Shown piece after piece: positions 8,263-16,526 of a DNA stretch of 64,000 bases. The stretch lies in the NCBI GenBank assembly GCA_963724135.1, contig CAVRTA010000006.1, positions 1,301,857 through 1,365,856 of the forward strand, given 5' to 3'. Numbering within the stretch: position 1 is the first letter of the stretch; every line of letters starts with the position of its first letter. The DNA is from an uncultured Solirubrobacteraceae bacterium. Lineage in GTDB: Bacteria; Actinomycetota; Thermoleophilia; Solirubrobacterales; Solirubrobacteraceae. Both the position numbers and the translations under genes were made by a program. The notes beneath the pieces are model-generated. The model was given only the letters and a program-made list of their open reading frames with translations. It had not been told where the DNA came from and did no database searches.

Positions 8263-10109
8263 TGTTGACTCCCCGCCGTCTGTCGTTCGTCACGCTGCTC
8301 GCCTTCCTGGCCATGGCCGCCCCGGCGGCGCGCTCCGATCTGGGCGCCGGGCCGCCGCAGCCGCGCCAGCTCGCGACCGGCTGGGAGGTCAAGTACGACC
8401 CCGACGACGTCGGCGTCGGCGAGAACTGGAAGACCGGCCGCTGGAACGAGCGCTGGCGGCCCGTCACGGTCCCGCATGTCTTCAACGCCGAGCCGGTAGA
8501 CGACCAGTTCCTGGGCACCACCGCCTGGTACCGGCTCAAGCTGCGCACCCCCGCCGCCCCCGCCGGCTTTGACTGGGGGCTGCGCTTCGAGGGCATCCGC
8601 CGGCGGGCGACGGTCTGGCTCAACGGCCGCCGCGTCGGCTCCCATGCCGCCCCCTTCCAGCCCTTCTCCATAGCCGCCACGGGCCTGAAGCCCGTTGGCC
8701 AGGTCAACGACCTCGTCGTCCGCGTCGACAACCGCCGCGACACCGAACTGCGCGAGGGCTGGTGGAACTGGGGCGGCATCACGCGCCCGGTCGTGCTCGA
8801 GCCGATCGGCCGCGTGATGTGGGACGACCTCGGCATCCTCTCGGACGTCCGCTGCCAGGAGGGCGAGTGCGAGCCGATCGCGCGCACCGACGGCTGGCTG
8901 CAGAGCCACTCCCGGCGCACGGTGGACGTGACGCTCGACGTCGCCCTCACATCGCCCTCCGGTCACGTGACCCGGCAGACCCACGTCGTGCGCGGCCTGA
9001 AGGCCGGCGAGCGCCGGCGTGTCGGCTTCCCGATCCGGATCGAGGGGACGCCCGAGCTGTGGTCGCCCGTGCACCCGAACCTGTACGCGGCGCGGACCAC
9101 GGTGAGGGTCGGCGACCAGCCGGCGCAGGTCGACGACCGCCGCTTCGGGCTGCGCTTCGTCCGGGTCCGCGACGGCCGGCTCTATCTCAACGGCCACCTG
9201 CTCCAGCTGCGCGGCGCCTCGATCCAGGAGGACGTGCCCGAGCGCGGGCCGGCGCTGCGCGAGCGCGATATCGACACGATCGTGGGCGACCTCCAGCGTC
9301 TGAACGCCAACGTGACCCGCGCGCAGTACCCGCTCGACGAGCGCTTGCTCAACCGGCTCGACGAGGTCGGCATCCTCGTCTGGAGCCAGGCGTCGGTCTA
9401 CCACGAGGACGTCGCGCTGGAGGAGGAGGCCGGTCGCCGCGCCGCGCTGGCGAAGGTGCGCACGGCGGTGCTGACCGGCCGCAACCATCCCTCCGTCCTC
9501 GCGCACTCGGTCGCCAACGAGCTCTCGCCCTACGCCGACACGATGCCCGGCACGCGCGACTTCCTGCTGCGGGCCGCCCGCCTGACGCGCGACCTCGACG
9601 ACACCGTTCCCGCCGCCCTGGATCTGCTGACGTACCCGAACCTGCCGCGCCAGAACGTCTACGACGCGTTCGGGCTCCTCGGCCTGAACTCCTACTACGG
9701 CTGGTACGACGGCAAGCCCGGCCCGCAGTCGACCGCCAGCTTCTCCGGGCTGCGGCCCTTCCTCCAGCGCCAGCGCCGGCTCTACCCCCGCCAGGCGCAG
9801 ATGATCACCGAGTTCGGCGCCGAGGCCACCGAGCACGGCGCGCCGACCGAGAAGCAGACCTACCAGTTCCAGGCGCGTTACCTCGCGGACACGCTGCGGG
9901 TCGTCCGCCAGGAGTCGTGGGTGAGCGGTGCGATCTACTGGACCGCACGCGAGTTCTACGTCAAGCCGCGCTGGGACGGCGGGGCGCGCATCCCCTCCGA
10001 GCAGCGCGACGCGCTGCACAACAAGGGCCTGCTGCACTACGACGGCAGCCCCAAGCCCGCCTTCACCGAGGCCCAGCGCCTCTTCCGCGCGACGCCGATC
10101 TACCGCTAG
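8262..10109 (+). CDS. glycoside hydrolase family 2-like protein (secreted)
   Basis: This is the C-terminal 615 aa of ORF 7830..10109, starting at ATG 8262, which overlaps the upstream TGA. Signal peptide MLTPRRLSFVTLLAFLAMAAPAARS. The GH2-like sugar-binding region is TAWYRLKL..FEGIRRRATVWLNG. Candidate catalytic residues are in SVANELS and ITEFGAE. Confidence 0.7.
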   Translation: MLTPRRLSFVTLLAFLAMAAPAARSDLGAGPPQPRQLATGWEVKYDPDDVGVGENWKTGRWNERWRPVTVPHVFNAEPVDDQFLGTTAWYRLKLRTPAAPAGFDWGLRFEGIRRRATVWLNGRRVGSHAAPFQPFSIAATGLKPVGQVNDLVVRVDNRRDTELREGWWNWGGITRPVVLEPIGRVMWDDLGILSDVRCQEGECEPIARTDGWLQSHSRRTVDVTLDVALTSPSGHVTRQTHVVRGLKAGERRRVGFPIRIEGTPELWSPVHPNLYAARTTVRVGDQPAQVDDRRFGLRFVRVRDGRLYLNGHLLQLRGASIQEDVPERGPALRERDIDTIVGDLQRLNANVTRAQYPLDERLLNRLDEVGILVWSQASVYHEDVALEEEAGRRAALAKVRTAVLTGRNHPSVLAHSVANELSPYADTMPGTRDFLLRAARLTRDLDDTVPAALDLLTYPNLPRQNVYDAFGLLGLNSYYGWYDGKPGPQSTASFSGLRPFLQRQRRLYPRQAQMITEFGAEATEHGAPTEKQTYQFQARYLADTLRVVRQESWVSGAIYWTAREFYVKPRWDGGARIPSEQRDALHNKGLLHYDGSPKPAFTEAQRLFRATPIYR

Positions 10110-10139
10110 AACGCGGGGCGCGCGGTCGTTGTCTTTGAC

Positions 10140-11786
10140 ATGAGGGTCGTCGTCGGCGTTCTCGTCGCGCTGCTGCTCGCCGCACCCGCGCGGGCCGAGC
10201 GCCTCGAGTCGCACATGGTGCCCGTGAGCGCGACCGACGAGAACGGCCGGCTGGTCGCGATCGACACCGACGTGCGCCTGCCCGACGGAGCCGCCCCGCG
10301 CCGCGGGTGGCCGGTCGTGGCGCTGTTCCACGGCGGCGGCGGGACGAAGACGAGCGCGTTCGACGTCAACGCCGCGAAGGCGTTCGCCGCCCGCGGCTAC
10401 GCGACGATCCTCTACTCCGCACGCGGGCACGGCGCATCGGGCGGGCAGACGACGATCGTCGGGCCCAAGGAGGTCGGCGACGCGTTCGACGTGCTCGGCT
10501 GGGCGCTCGACCGCTACCCGCTCGACCGGCGCCGGATGGCGCTGTGGGGCTACTCGCAGGGCGGGCTGCACACGAACCTCGTGCACGGCTGGGCCGACAG
10601 CCGGCAGCTCAACCCGCGCGGGCTGCGCTTCCGCGCCGTGATGCCGTCGAGCACGCCCGACCGCGTCTTCGAGGCGCTCGTCGAGCACGGCGTGGTCAAG
10701 CTCTCCTTCGGCGCGGCGCTGATCGCGCTGTACTCGACGTCGGCGCGGCCCGCGCCCCAGGTCGACCGCTGGATCGCCACCGGCCTGGTCGACCAGCCCG
10801 CCGCCTACGGCGCCGGCGCCATCTGCGACACCACCGGCCACGACGCGCCGGCCTCGACGATGAAGGCCGACCTCGCCTGGCGCTCGATGGGCTGCCGGCC
10901 CCGCCGCCTCGGCCTTCCCACCTTCTGGGCGCAGCAGTTCGACGACGCGCTGTTCCCCGGCGACATGGCGGTGCGCGCTCTGCGCGCACGGCGCCACCGC
11001 TTCGACCGGCTCACCTTCAACACCGGCGGCCACGGCGCGCCGGCGCAGGCCAAGACTCCCGTGGCGCAGACCCTCGCCCGCCAGGTCCGCTGGCTCGGCG
11101 CCGTGCTGCGCCGCCGGCGCCCGCCCGGCCCGCGCGTCGTCTTCTACGCGCGCGACCCGTCCGTGTCCGTGCCCTACGCCGTCAAGCAGTGGCCCGAGAG
11201 CGCCTGGGTACGGCGCACGGCGCGGCGCTGGCCGCCCCGCGGGTCACGACCCGTGGAGCTGACGCTCGCCAGCGGCGGCGCGCTCGGGCCCGGCACGGCC
11301 GCGTCCAGCACGCTCGCGGCGACCGCCGCCGACACCTCCAACGACAGCGCCGCCACCGCGGCCGCGCAGGCGATCCCCAACGGCACGACGATCACGGGCG
11401 CGCTGCCGCGGCTGGCCGGCCCGGGATCGGCCGCCGAGTTCCGCTCGGCGCCGTTCACCCGCCGGCGCCTGCTCGCCGGCGCCGCAGTCCTGCGGGGCAC
11501 CTGGACGCCGCTGAGCGCGGACTCGCAGGTCACCTTCCAGCTCCTCGACGAGGCGCCGGACGGGACGCTGACACTGCTCGACCGCGGTGTCCGCGGGGTC
11601 CGCGGTGCCGTCCCCGGACAGCCCGCCGGGATCGTGGTCCGCGGCCACCCGACGGCCGCGCTGCTGCAGCCGCGCCACCGCCTGCTGCTGCGCGTCGCCG
11701 CCGGCGACGCCTCGTTCTACAAGGCGTACGCCGGCGGCCTGGGCGGCGTCCTCTCCGACGGACGCCTGCGGATCTCGCTGCGCTGA
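10140..11786 (+). CDS. alpha/beta hydrolase, CocE/NonD / X-Pro dipeptidyl-peptidase (S15)-like, secreted
   Basis: Signal peptide MRVVVGVLVALLLAAPARA. Also LFHGGGGTK and the nucleophile elbow WGYSQGG. Confidence 0.65.
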   Translation: MRVVVGVLVALLLAAPARAERLESHMVPVSATDENGRLVAIDTDVRLPDGAAPRRGWPVVALFHGGGGTKTSAFDVNAAKAFAARGYATILYSARGHGASGGQTTIVGPKEVGDAFDVLGWALDRYPLDRRRMALWGYSQGGLHTNLVHGWADSRQLNPRGLRFRAVMPSSTPDRVFEALVEHGVVKLSFGAALIALYSTSARPAPQVDRWIATGLVDQPAAYGAGAICDTTGHDAPASTMKADLAWRSMGCRPRRLGLPTFWAQQFDDALFPGDMAVRALRARRHRFDRLTFNTGGHGAPAQAKTPVAQTLARQVRWLGAVLRRRRPPGPRVVFYARDPSVSVPYAVKQWPESAWVRRTARRWPPRGSRPVELTLASGGALGPGTAASSTLAATAADTSNDSAATAAAQAIPNGTTITGALPRLAGPGSAAEFRSAPFTRRRLLAGAAVLRGTWTPLSADSQVTFQLLDEAPDGTLTLLDRGVRGVRGAVPGQPAGIVVRGHPTAALLQPRHRLLLRVAAGDASFYKAYAGGLGGVLSDGRLRISLR

Positions 11787-11803
11787 CTCGTAGCGTCTCC
11801 GAC

Positions 11804-12904
11804 GTGTCCTATGAAGTGGCGATCTATGCAACGTCCTCGGCGACGGCCGGGCTCTACGACCGCGCGCACGGGCGGTCGGGCGGTGCCGAGCGCCAGATGA
11901 CGCTGCTTGCCCGGGCGCTGACCGAGCAGGGCCGCCGCGTCGCCCACATCATCCACAAGCCGCGTGACCCGGTCGAACTCCCCTACCCGCTGACTCTCGT
12001 GCATCGCGATCCGTACGCCGGCGGCCTGCGGGAGCCGCGCGCGCTCTGGCGCGCGCTGCGCCGTGCCGATGCCGAGGTGGTGGTGCTCCGTTCCGCCAGC
12101 CCGCTCGTCGCCGTCGGCGCGCTGTACGGACGCCGCAACGGCCGGCGCGTGATCTTCTCGGCCTCGAACGTGTCGGACTTCACGATGGAGAAGATGTCCG
12201 GACGCCCGCAGCGCGCCCTCTACGGCCTCGGGCTGCGGGCCGCGGACGCCGTCGTCGTCCAGTCGGAGGACCAGCGTGAGCTCGCGCTGCGCGCGTTCCC
12301 CTCGCTGCCGCGGGTGGTGCCGATCCCCAGCTTCGCCGAGCTTGCACCGGAAACGTCCCCGCACCCCGGCGAGGCTTTCCTCTGGTTCGGGCGCGCCGTC
12401 GCGCAGAAGCAGCCGGAGCGATACGTCGAGCTGGCCCGGTGTCTGCCCGAGGCGCGCTTTCGCATGATCCTCGTCGACGACGGCGGTGACGGGAAGATCG
12501 TCGAGAGCGTCCGCGCCGACGCCGCGGGCCTTGAGAACCTCGAGCTTCTCGACCCACTCCCGCACGCTTCGCTCGCCCCGCTCGTCGCCCGCTCCGCCGC
12601 GGTCGTCAACACCTCCACTTTGGAAGGGATGCCGAACACGTTCCTCGAGGCGTGGGCTGGCGGCGTGCCGGTGCTGACGCTGCAGTTCGATCCCGACGAA
12701 CTGGTCGCGCGGCACGATCTCGGCGTTTCCGCTCGCGGCTCGTGGGAGCGGTTCGTAGCGGGGGCCCGGAGCCTGTGGCAGTCGCGAGCGGACCGCGACG
12801 CCCTTGCCCTGCGCGCACGCGCGTACCTGCACGAGCGACACTCGCCGGAGGCCGTCGGCGCGAGCTGGGCTGCGCTCGTCGACGAGGTCCGTTGCGGGCG
12901 CTGA
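11804..12904 (+). CDS. glycosyltransferase family 4 (GT-B)
   Basis: This is the in-frame GTG 11804 part of ORF 10307..12904. The C-terminal E-X7-E type motif is NTSTLEGMPNTFLEAWAGGVPVL. The N-terminus VAIYATSSATAGLYD..GGAERQM is typical of GT4. Confidence 0.8.
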   Translation: MSYEVAIYATSSATAGLYDRAHGRSGGAERQMTLLARALTEQGRRVAHIIHKPRDPVELPYPLTLVHRDPYAGGLREPRALWRALRRADAEVVVLRSASPLVAVGALYGRRNGRRVIFSASNVSDFTMEKMSGRPQRALYGLGLRAADAVVVQSEDQRELALRAFPSLPRVVPIPSFAELAPETSPHPGEAFLWFGRAVAQKQPERYVELARCLPEARFRMILVDDGGDGKIVESVRADAAGLENLELLDPLPHASLAPLVARSAAVVNTSTLEGMPNTFLEAWAGGVPVLTLQFDPDELVARHDLGVSARGSWERFVAGARSLWQSRADRDALALRARAYLHERHSPEAVGASWAALVDEVRCGR

Positions 12905-14025
12905 TCCTCGAGACCGGCCGCACGCGCTCGGCGCTGGCGGGCGCGCGCGGCCTGTCCCAGGACGGCTGGCAGGTGGGGATCGGCTCCCCCCTGCGCGGGC
13001 TGGCGGCCCGGTCGCGTGCCGTGCAGCGGTGGCACCGGCTGCCCACGCCCGAGGCGGGCGGGCGCGGCTACGTGGACGCAGTGCGGGAGGTCGTGCGCTC
13101 AGGCGGGTACGAAATCGTCTTCCCCGCCGGCGATGCCGAGTTGCTGCTGATCGCGGGTGCGCGCGACGAGCTTGGTGCGATCGTTCCCCATCCGCCGTAC
13201 GACACGCTTCTCATGGGGCTCGACAAGCTCGAGCTCACGCGTGCAGCGGAGCGCGCCGGAGTGGCGGTGCCGCTCACCTGGGACGCGTCCGACGCGCGCG
13301 AGCGGGCGTTCCCGATGGTGGTCAAACCGCGCCTGAAGCTGCCCAGCCCGGAGGATGGCGACGGCTGGCGCCTGGGGACCCACGTGGCGCGCGACACCGA
13401 GGAGGCCGGACGCTACATCGCGGAGATCGCCCGGGCGGGCGTCGAGCCGGTGCTCCAGGAGCACCTCGAGGGGCGTCTGGTGGCGTGGAGCGGCGTGCTC
13501 GACGACGCCGGCGCGGTGCTTGTCGAAGTACAGCAGGAGGCCGCGCTGCTGTGGCCCCCGTCCGGTGGCGTCAGCGCGCGCGCCGTCACCGTGCCGGTCA
13601 CACCCGCGGTCGGCGACGGCGCCCGCGCCGTCCTCGCCGAGCTCGGCTGGATCGGCCTGGTGCAACTGCAGTTCATCGTCCGCGATGACGACCGCCCGCG
13701 GCTGATCGATCTCAACCCCCGCTTCTACGGCTCGCTCGCGCTCGCGGTCGGCGCCGGCGCGAACCTGCCGGCGATCTCGGCGGCCAGCGCCAGCGGCCGC
13801 CGGACCGATCCGCAACCGGCGCGTCCCGGGCAGCGCTACCAGTGGCTGGCCGGGGACGTGCAGGCGCAGCTGTCCCTGCCGGCGGCACGGCTGCTGTTCG
13901 CGCTGGTCGGAACCCTGAGCTGGGCCCTGCGTGCCCACCACAGCATCTGGTCGCCGCGCGACCCGGCGCCCGCCGTCTGGTACCTCGGCGAGATGCTCCG
14001 CCGCTTGGCGGGCAGACGGACGTGA
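12892..14025 (+). CDS. ATP-grasp domain protein (predicted ATP-grasp enzyme, COG3919-like)
   Basis: MVVKPR.., LQEHLEG, and LQFIVRDDDRPRLIDLNPRFYGSL, which is typical of ATP-grasp C-terminal lobes. The start is set at TTG 12892 (LRALILETG..), overlapping the GT4 stop by 13 nt; this start is uncertain. Confidence 0.7.
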   Translation: MRALILETGRTRSALAGARGLSQDGWQVGIGSPLRGLAARSRAVQRWHRLPTPEAGGRGYVDAVREVVRSGGYEIVFPAGDAELLLIAGARDELGAIVPHPPYDTLLMGLDKLELTRAAERAGVAVPLTWDASDARERAFPMVVKPRLKLPSPEDGDGWRLGTHVARDTEEAGRYIAEIARAGVEPVLQEHLEGRLVAWSGVLDDAGAVLVEVQQEAALLWPPSGGVSARAVTVPVTPAVGDGARAVLAELGWIGLVQLQFIVRDDDRPRLIDLNPRFYGSLALAVGAGANLPAISAASASGRRTDPQPARPGQRYQWLAGDVQAQLSLPAARLLFALVGTLSWALRAHHSIWSPRDPAPAVWYLGEMLRRLAGRRT

Positions 14026-15440
14026 CGACCCCCGCCACGCGCCTGCTCGAGCGTCTGGTCGAGCGAGCCGGCACGGACGCGAAGGCGCTGCTGGCGGAGC
14101 TCGAGCGCCACGGCATCCCGCCCACGGCGACCGCCGACGCCGTCGCACGCCTGGCGCCGGTGATCACCGAGGACGAGGCGTGGCGCGCAGCGGTGACCGC
14201 CGACCGCGCGCGCGAGCAGCGCATGGGGCGTGCACTCGCCGTTGTCGAGCATGCCCTCGGTCCTGTCGCGGACGCCGTGACCATCTCGCGTTCCCCGCTC
14301 GGGGCGGCGTGGGGACGCGACGTCGACGTGCTCGTTCGCTCCGGGCGGCTCGCCGACGCCGAGGCGGCGCTGCTCTCGGCTGGATTCCCCTCAATCGACC
14401 CCCTGCTGGCTCGCCTCGGCATCGCCGACGCCGGCCTCCGCTATGCCGTCATAGACGGTGCCGACGCACTCACGTCGGTCGAGCTCACGGCGACCAAGAC
14501 GACCGACCGCCTGCGCCGCCAGGCCGCCAAGGCGGCCGCCGCCCGCCGGCCCGCCGCCCGCCACGCGCTCGAGCTGGCGGCGCTCGCCCAGGAGCGGGGC
14601 GCGGACGAGGTGAGGGCCGTGGCGGTCGTCGCGCTGCGGCGCTGCGCCCGGTTGGAGCGTGACCTCGGTGTCAGCGGCCCGGCCACGGAGCTCGCGCGTG
14701 GATTGGCGCCGAGACCCAATCTCGCGTGGCCGCGCGCCCGTCTCGACAACCTCGGACTGCGTCTCGGCCGTCTGCGCGCGCGGCGCCTGGTCGTCGCCTT
14801 CTCGGGCATCGACGGGTCGGGCAAGAGCACGCAGGCGGCACTCCTGGGCTCGGCGCTCGAGCGCCTCGGCGTGCCCGCGACGACCGTCTGGGGCAGGATC
14901 GGCTTCAGCGGCTCGCGGCTGCTGGACAACGTGGCCGGTCTCGTGCGCCGGTTCTTACCGGCGGGCAGCCACTCGGCGCAGCGCGCCCGCGCCGAGGGCC
15001 TCGATGCGGGTGCGGGCAAACAGCCGCTGACGCGACGCGGCCCGCTCGGCTGGAGTTGGGCGCTGGCCGTCACGCTCGAGTATCTGCGGCAGGTGCGGGG
15101 CCAGATACGCCGCGCACGCGGCCGCGTCGTCGTGCTCGACCGCACGCTCTCCGACGCGCTCGTCGATCTCGAGCAGGGCTTCGGCGGCGAGCTCAGGCTC
15201 GGGTTGCACCGCAGGCTCGTCCAGCGCCTCGCGCCCCGCGCCGACATCATCTTCTACCTCCGCATCAGCGGCGCCGCAGCGGTCGCGCGCAAGGACGACT
15301 TCTTCGCCGCCAACGTGCTGCAGGCATACGCGGATCGCCTCGACGCCTTGGCGCCGAGCCTTGGCGCCGTCGTCGTCGATGCCGAGCGGCCCCCCGAGGA
15401 GATCGCGCACGACGCGCTGCTCGCCGTCCTCGCGACGTGA
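14022..15440 (+). CDS. fusion protein: N-terminal nucleotidyltransferase-like domain (PF14907-like) plus C-terminal thymidylate-kinase-like P-loop domain
   Basis: GTG 14022 overlaps the upstream TGA (GTGA). The N-terminal half has WGRDVDVLVRSGRLADAEAALLSAGF, an uncharacterised-NTase-like DxD motif. The C-terminal half has VVAFSGIDGSGKSTQA and VVVLDRTLSDALV, which are dTMP-kinase-family Walker A and DR motifs. Confidence 0.65.
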   Translation: MTTPATRLLERLVERAGTDAKALLAELERHGIPPTATADAVARLAPVITEDEAWRAAVTADRAREQRMGRALAVVEHALGPVADAVTISRSPLGAAWGRDVDVLVRSGRLADAEAALLSAGFPSIDPLLARLGIADAGLRYAVIDGADALTSVELTATKTTDRLRRQAAKAAAARRPAARHALELAALAQERGADEVRAVAVVALRRCARLERDLGVSGPATELARGLAPRPNLAWPRARLDNLGLRLGRLRARRLVVAFSGIDGSGKSTQAALLGSALERLGVPATTVWGRIGFSGSRLLDNVAGLVRRFLPAGSHSAQRARAEGLDAGAGKQPLTRRGPLGWSWALAVTLEYLRQVRGQIRRARGRVVVLDRTLSDALVDLEQGFGGELRLGLHRRLVQRLAPRADIIFYLRISGAAAVARKDDFFAANVLQAYADRLDALAPSLGAVVVDAERPPEEIAHDALLAVLAT

Positions 15441-15472
15441 GCCTGACGGTGATCACGTCCCCGTCGGTCATC
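15431..15472 (-). repeat. relic duplicate of the ychF 3' end (MTDGDVITV[RLTS])
   Basis: 15443-15472 matches 16540-16569 at 27 of 30 positions. The extended alignment over ~41 nt matches at about 34 positions. The homology ends exactly at the ATG codon of the ..YAMTDGDVITVKFTP* tail. The stop codon is lost in the relic. Confidence 0.75.
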
Positions 15473-15494
15473 TGCTGCTGCGCGGCGCGATCCG

Positions 15495-16475
15495 CTAGCT
15501 CGGGCTCACGAACGTCCATCCGAGCAGGTAGGCGTCGGTGTCGATCGCGTTGCCGGTGTAATTGCAGAGGGTGACCGGCACGATGCCGTCCGTCGTCACG
15601 ACTGTCGGCATGTGGTACAGGCCGGTGGCGAGGTTCGTGTTCGTATTGGCGGTCTGGGAGGGCTTTGGAATCGCGAGCTCGCCCTTGTCCGCCTGGCCGT
15701 AATCGCGCGAGAAGTACACGCACGAGTCGCCCGCGATCGGACCGTGGTTCTCCACGAAGACACCCGTCTGCCCGTCGCCGCTGTTGAGCTCGCTGGTGGT
15801 CACGGACTTGGACGCCAGCTCGCTGTTGCCGATCGAGTTCGGCGCGATCGACGATGCGTGCAGCCCGTCGTCCTCGACCTCGCCGTCGTCGATCGCGTTC
15901 GCGGCGATGGTCGGGTTCGGGTAGGTCCCGGCGAGTTGGCCGCCCGCGGCGTCACCGTCCATCACCGCCGACGCGAGCGGCGCGAAGGCATTGCTGCTGA
16001 GGCCGTCGAGGAAATCGGCGTTGAGCCCGGAACCCGGACCGTCCACCTGCGAGACCTTGTCGAGCGCCTCCTGCGGCGTGATGTCGGCGCCGGACTCGCC
16101 CGCCGGCCCTGCCGGCCCGGCCGCGCCGGTCGATCCCGCGGCACCCGTCGGACCCGCGGCACCGGTCGGACCCGCGGCACCGGTCGGCCCTGCCGGGCCG
16201 GGCGCCCCGTCGCTGCCGTTCACCCCGCCTGGACCGACGGGGCCCGTCTGGCCCGCCGGCCCGGTCGCACCGCGCAGCCTGCGGATCGACGAGCGCGACA
16301 GGTCCTTGAGCGTGACCGTGCGGTTCTTGATCTGCTTCCCGGTGATCAGCTTCTTCGCGCTCACCACCGCGTCGGTCGCCATCGCCGGTCCGCCGAGCGC
16401 CACGAACAGCGCCAGCATGCCGACGACGATCCCCATCCACTGCTGCCGCGCCTGGGCGGCGAGCGATCCACGCAT
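15495..16475 (-). CDS. membrane-anchored collagen-like (G-X-Y repeat) protein with a tail-fibre-like C-terminal domain
   Basis: N-terminal TM segment [21 protein letters not shown]. About 20 uninterrupted G-X-Y triplets ([42 protein letters not shown]). This is followed by [14 protein letters not shown] and I-x-x-N-x-I repeats typical of phage tail-fibre-like proteins. Confidence 0.85.
   Translation of the reverse strand: MRGSLAAQARQQWMGIVVGMLALFVALGGPAMATDAVVSAKKLITGKQIKNRTVTLKDLSRSSIRRLRGATGPAGQTGPVGPGGVNGSDGAPGPAGPTGAAGPTGAAGPTGAAGSTGAAGPAGPAGESGADITPQEALDKVSQVDGPGSGLNADFLDGLSSNAFAPLASAVMDGDAAGGQLAGTYPNPTIAANAIDDGEVEDDGLHASSIAPNSIGNSELASKSVTTSELNSGDGQTGVFVENHGPIAGDSCVYFSRDYGQADKGELAIPKPSQTANTNTNLATGLYHMPTVVTTDGIVPVTLCNYTGNAIDTDAYLLGWTFVSPS
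16127..16198 (-). repeat. four tandem 18-bp units (CGGTCGGACCCGCGGCAC-like) encoding (GPTGAA)n
   Basis: The units are 16127-16144, 16145-16162, 16163-16180 and 16181-16198. Units 2 and 3 differ by 1 nt. Confidence 0.85.
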
Positions 16476-16526
16476 TGTTTCCTCCCGAGAAGTGCCTGGG
16501 GGGACAACGGCCGGCCGGCCGTGCGC

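Noticed and set aside
7917-11033. Very long ORFs that could be taken for large genes. These include 7917..11033(-) at 1038 aa, 57066..58991(-), 37518..39698(-), 38222..40297(+), 20092..21864(+), and the N-terminal extensions of 3066..5414, 4088..6913, 24355..26844, 24637..26946 and 61102..63786.
   Set aside because: They are antisense to, or out of frame with, genes that have clear family motifs. Their translations are low-complexity Arg/Ala/Gly/Pro strings typical of stop-poor frames in very GC-rich DNA. Only the motif-bearing, GC3-biased portions were annotated.
15495-16475. A prophage, suggested by the tail-fibre-like collagen protein.
   Set aside because: There are no capsid, terminase, integrase or other tail genes within the window. 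The inserted segment holds this single gene.
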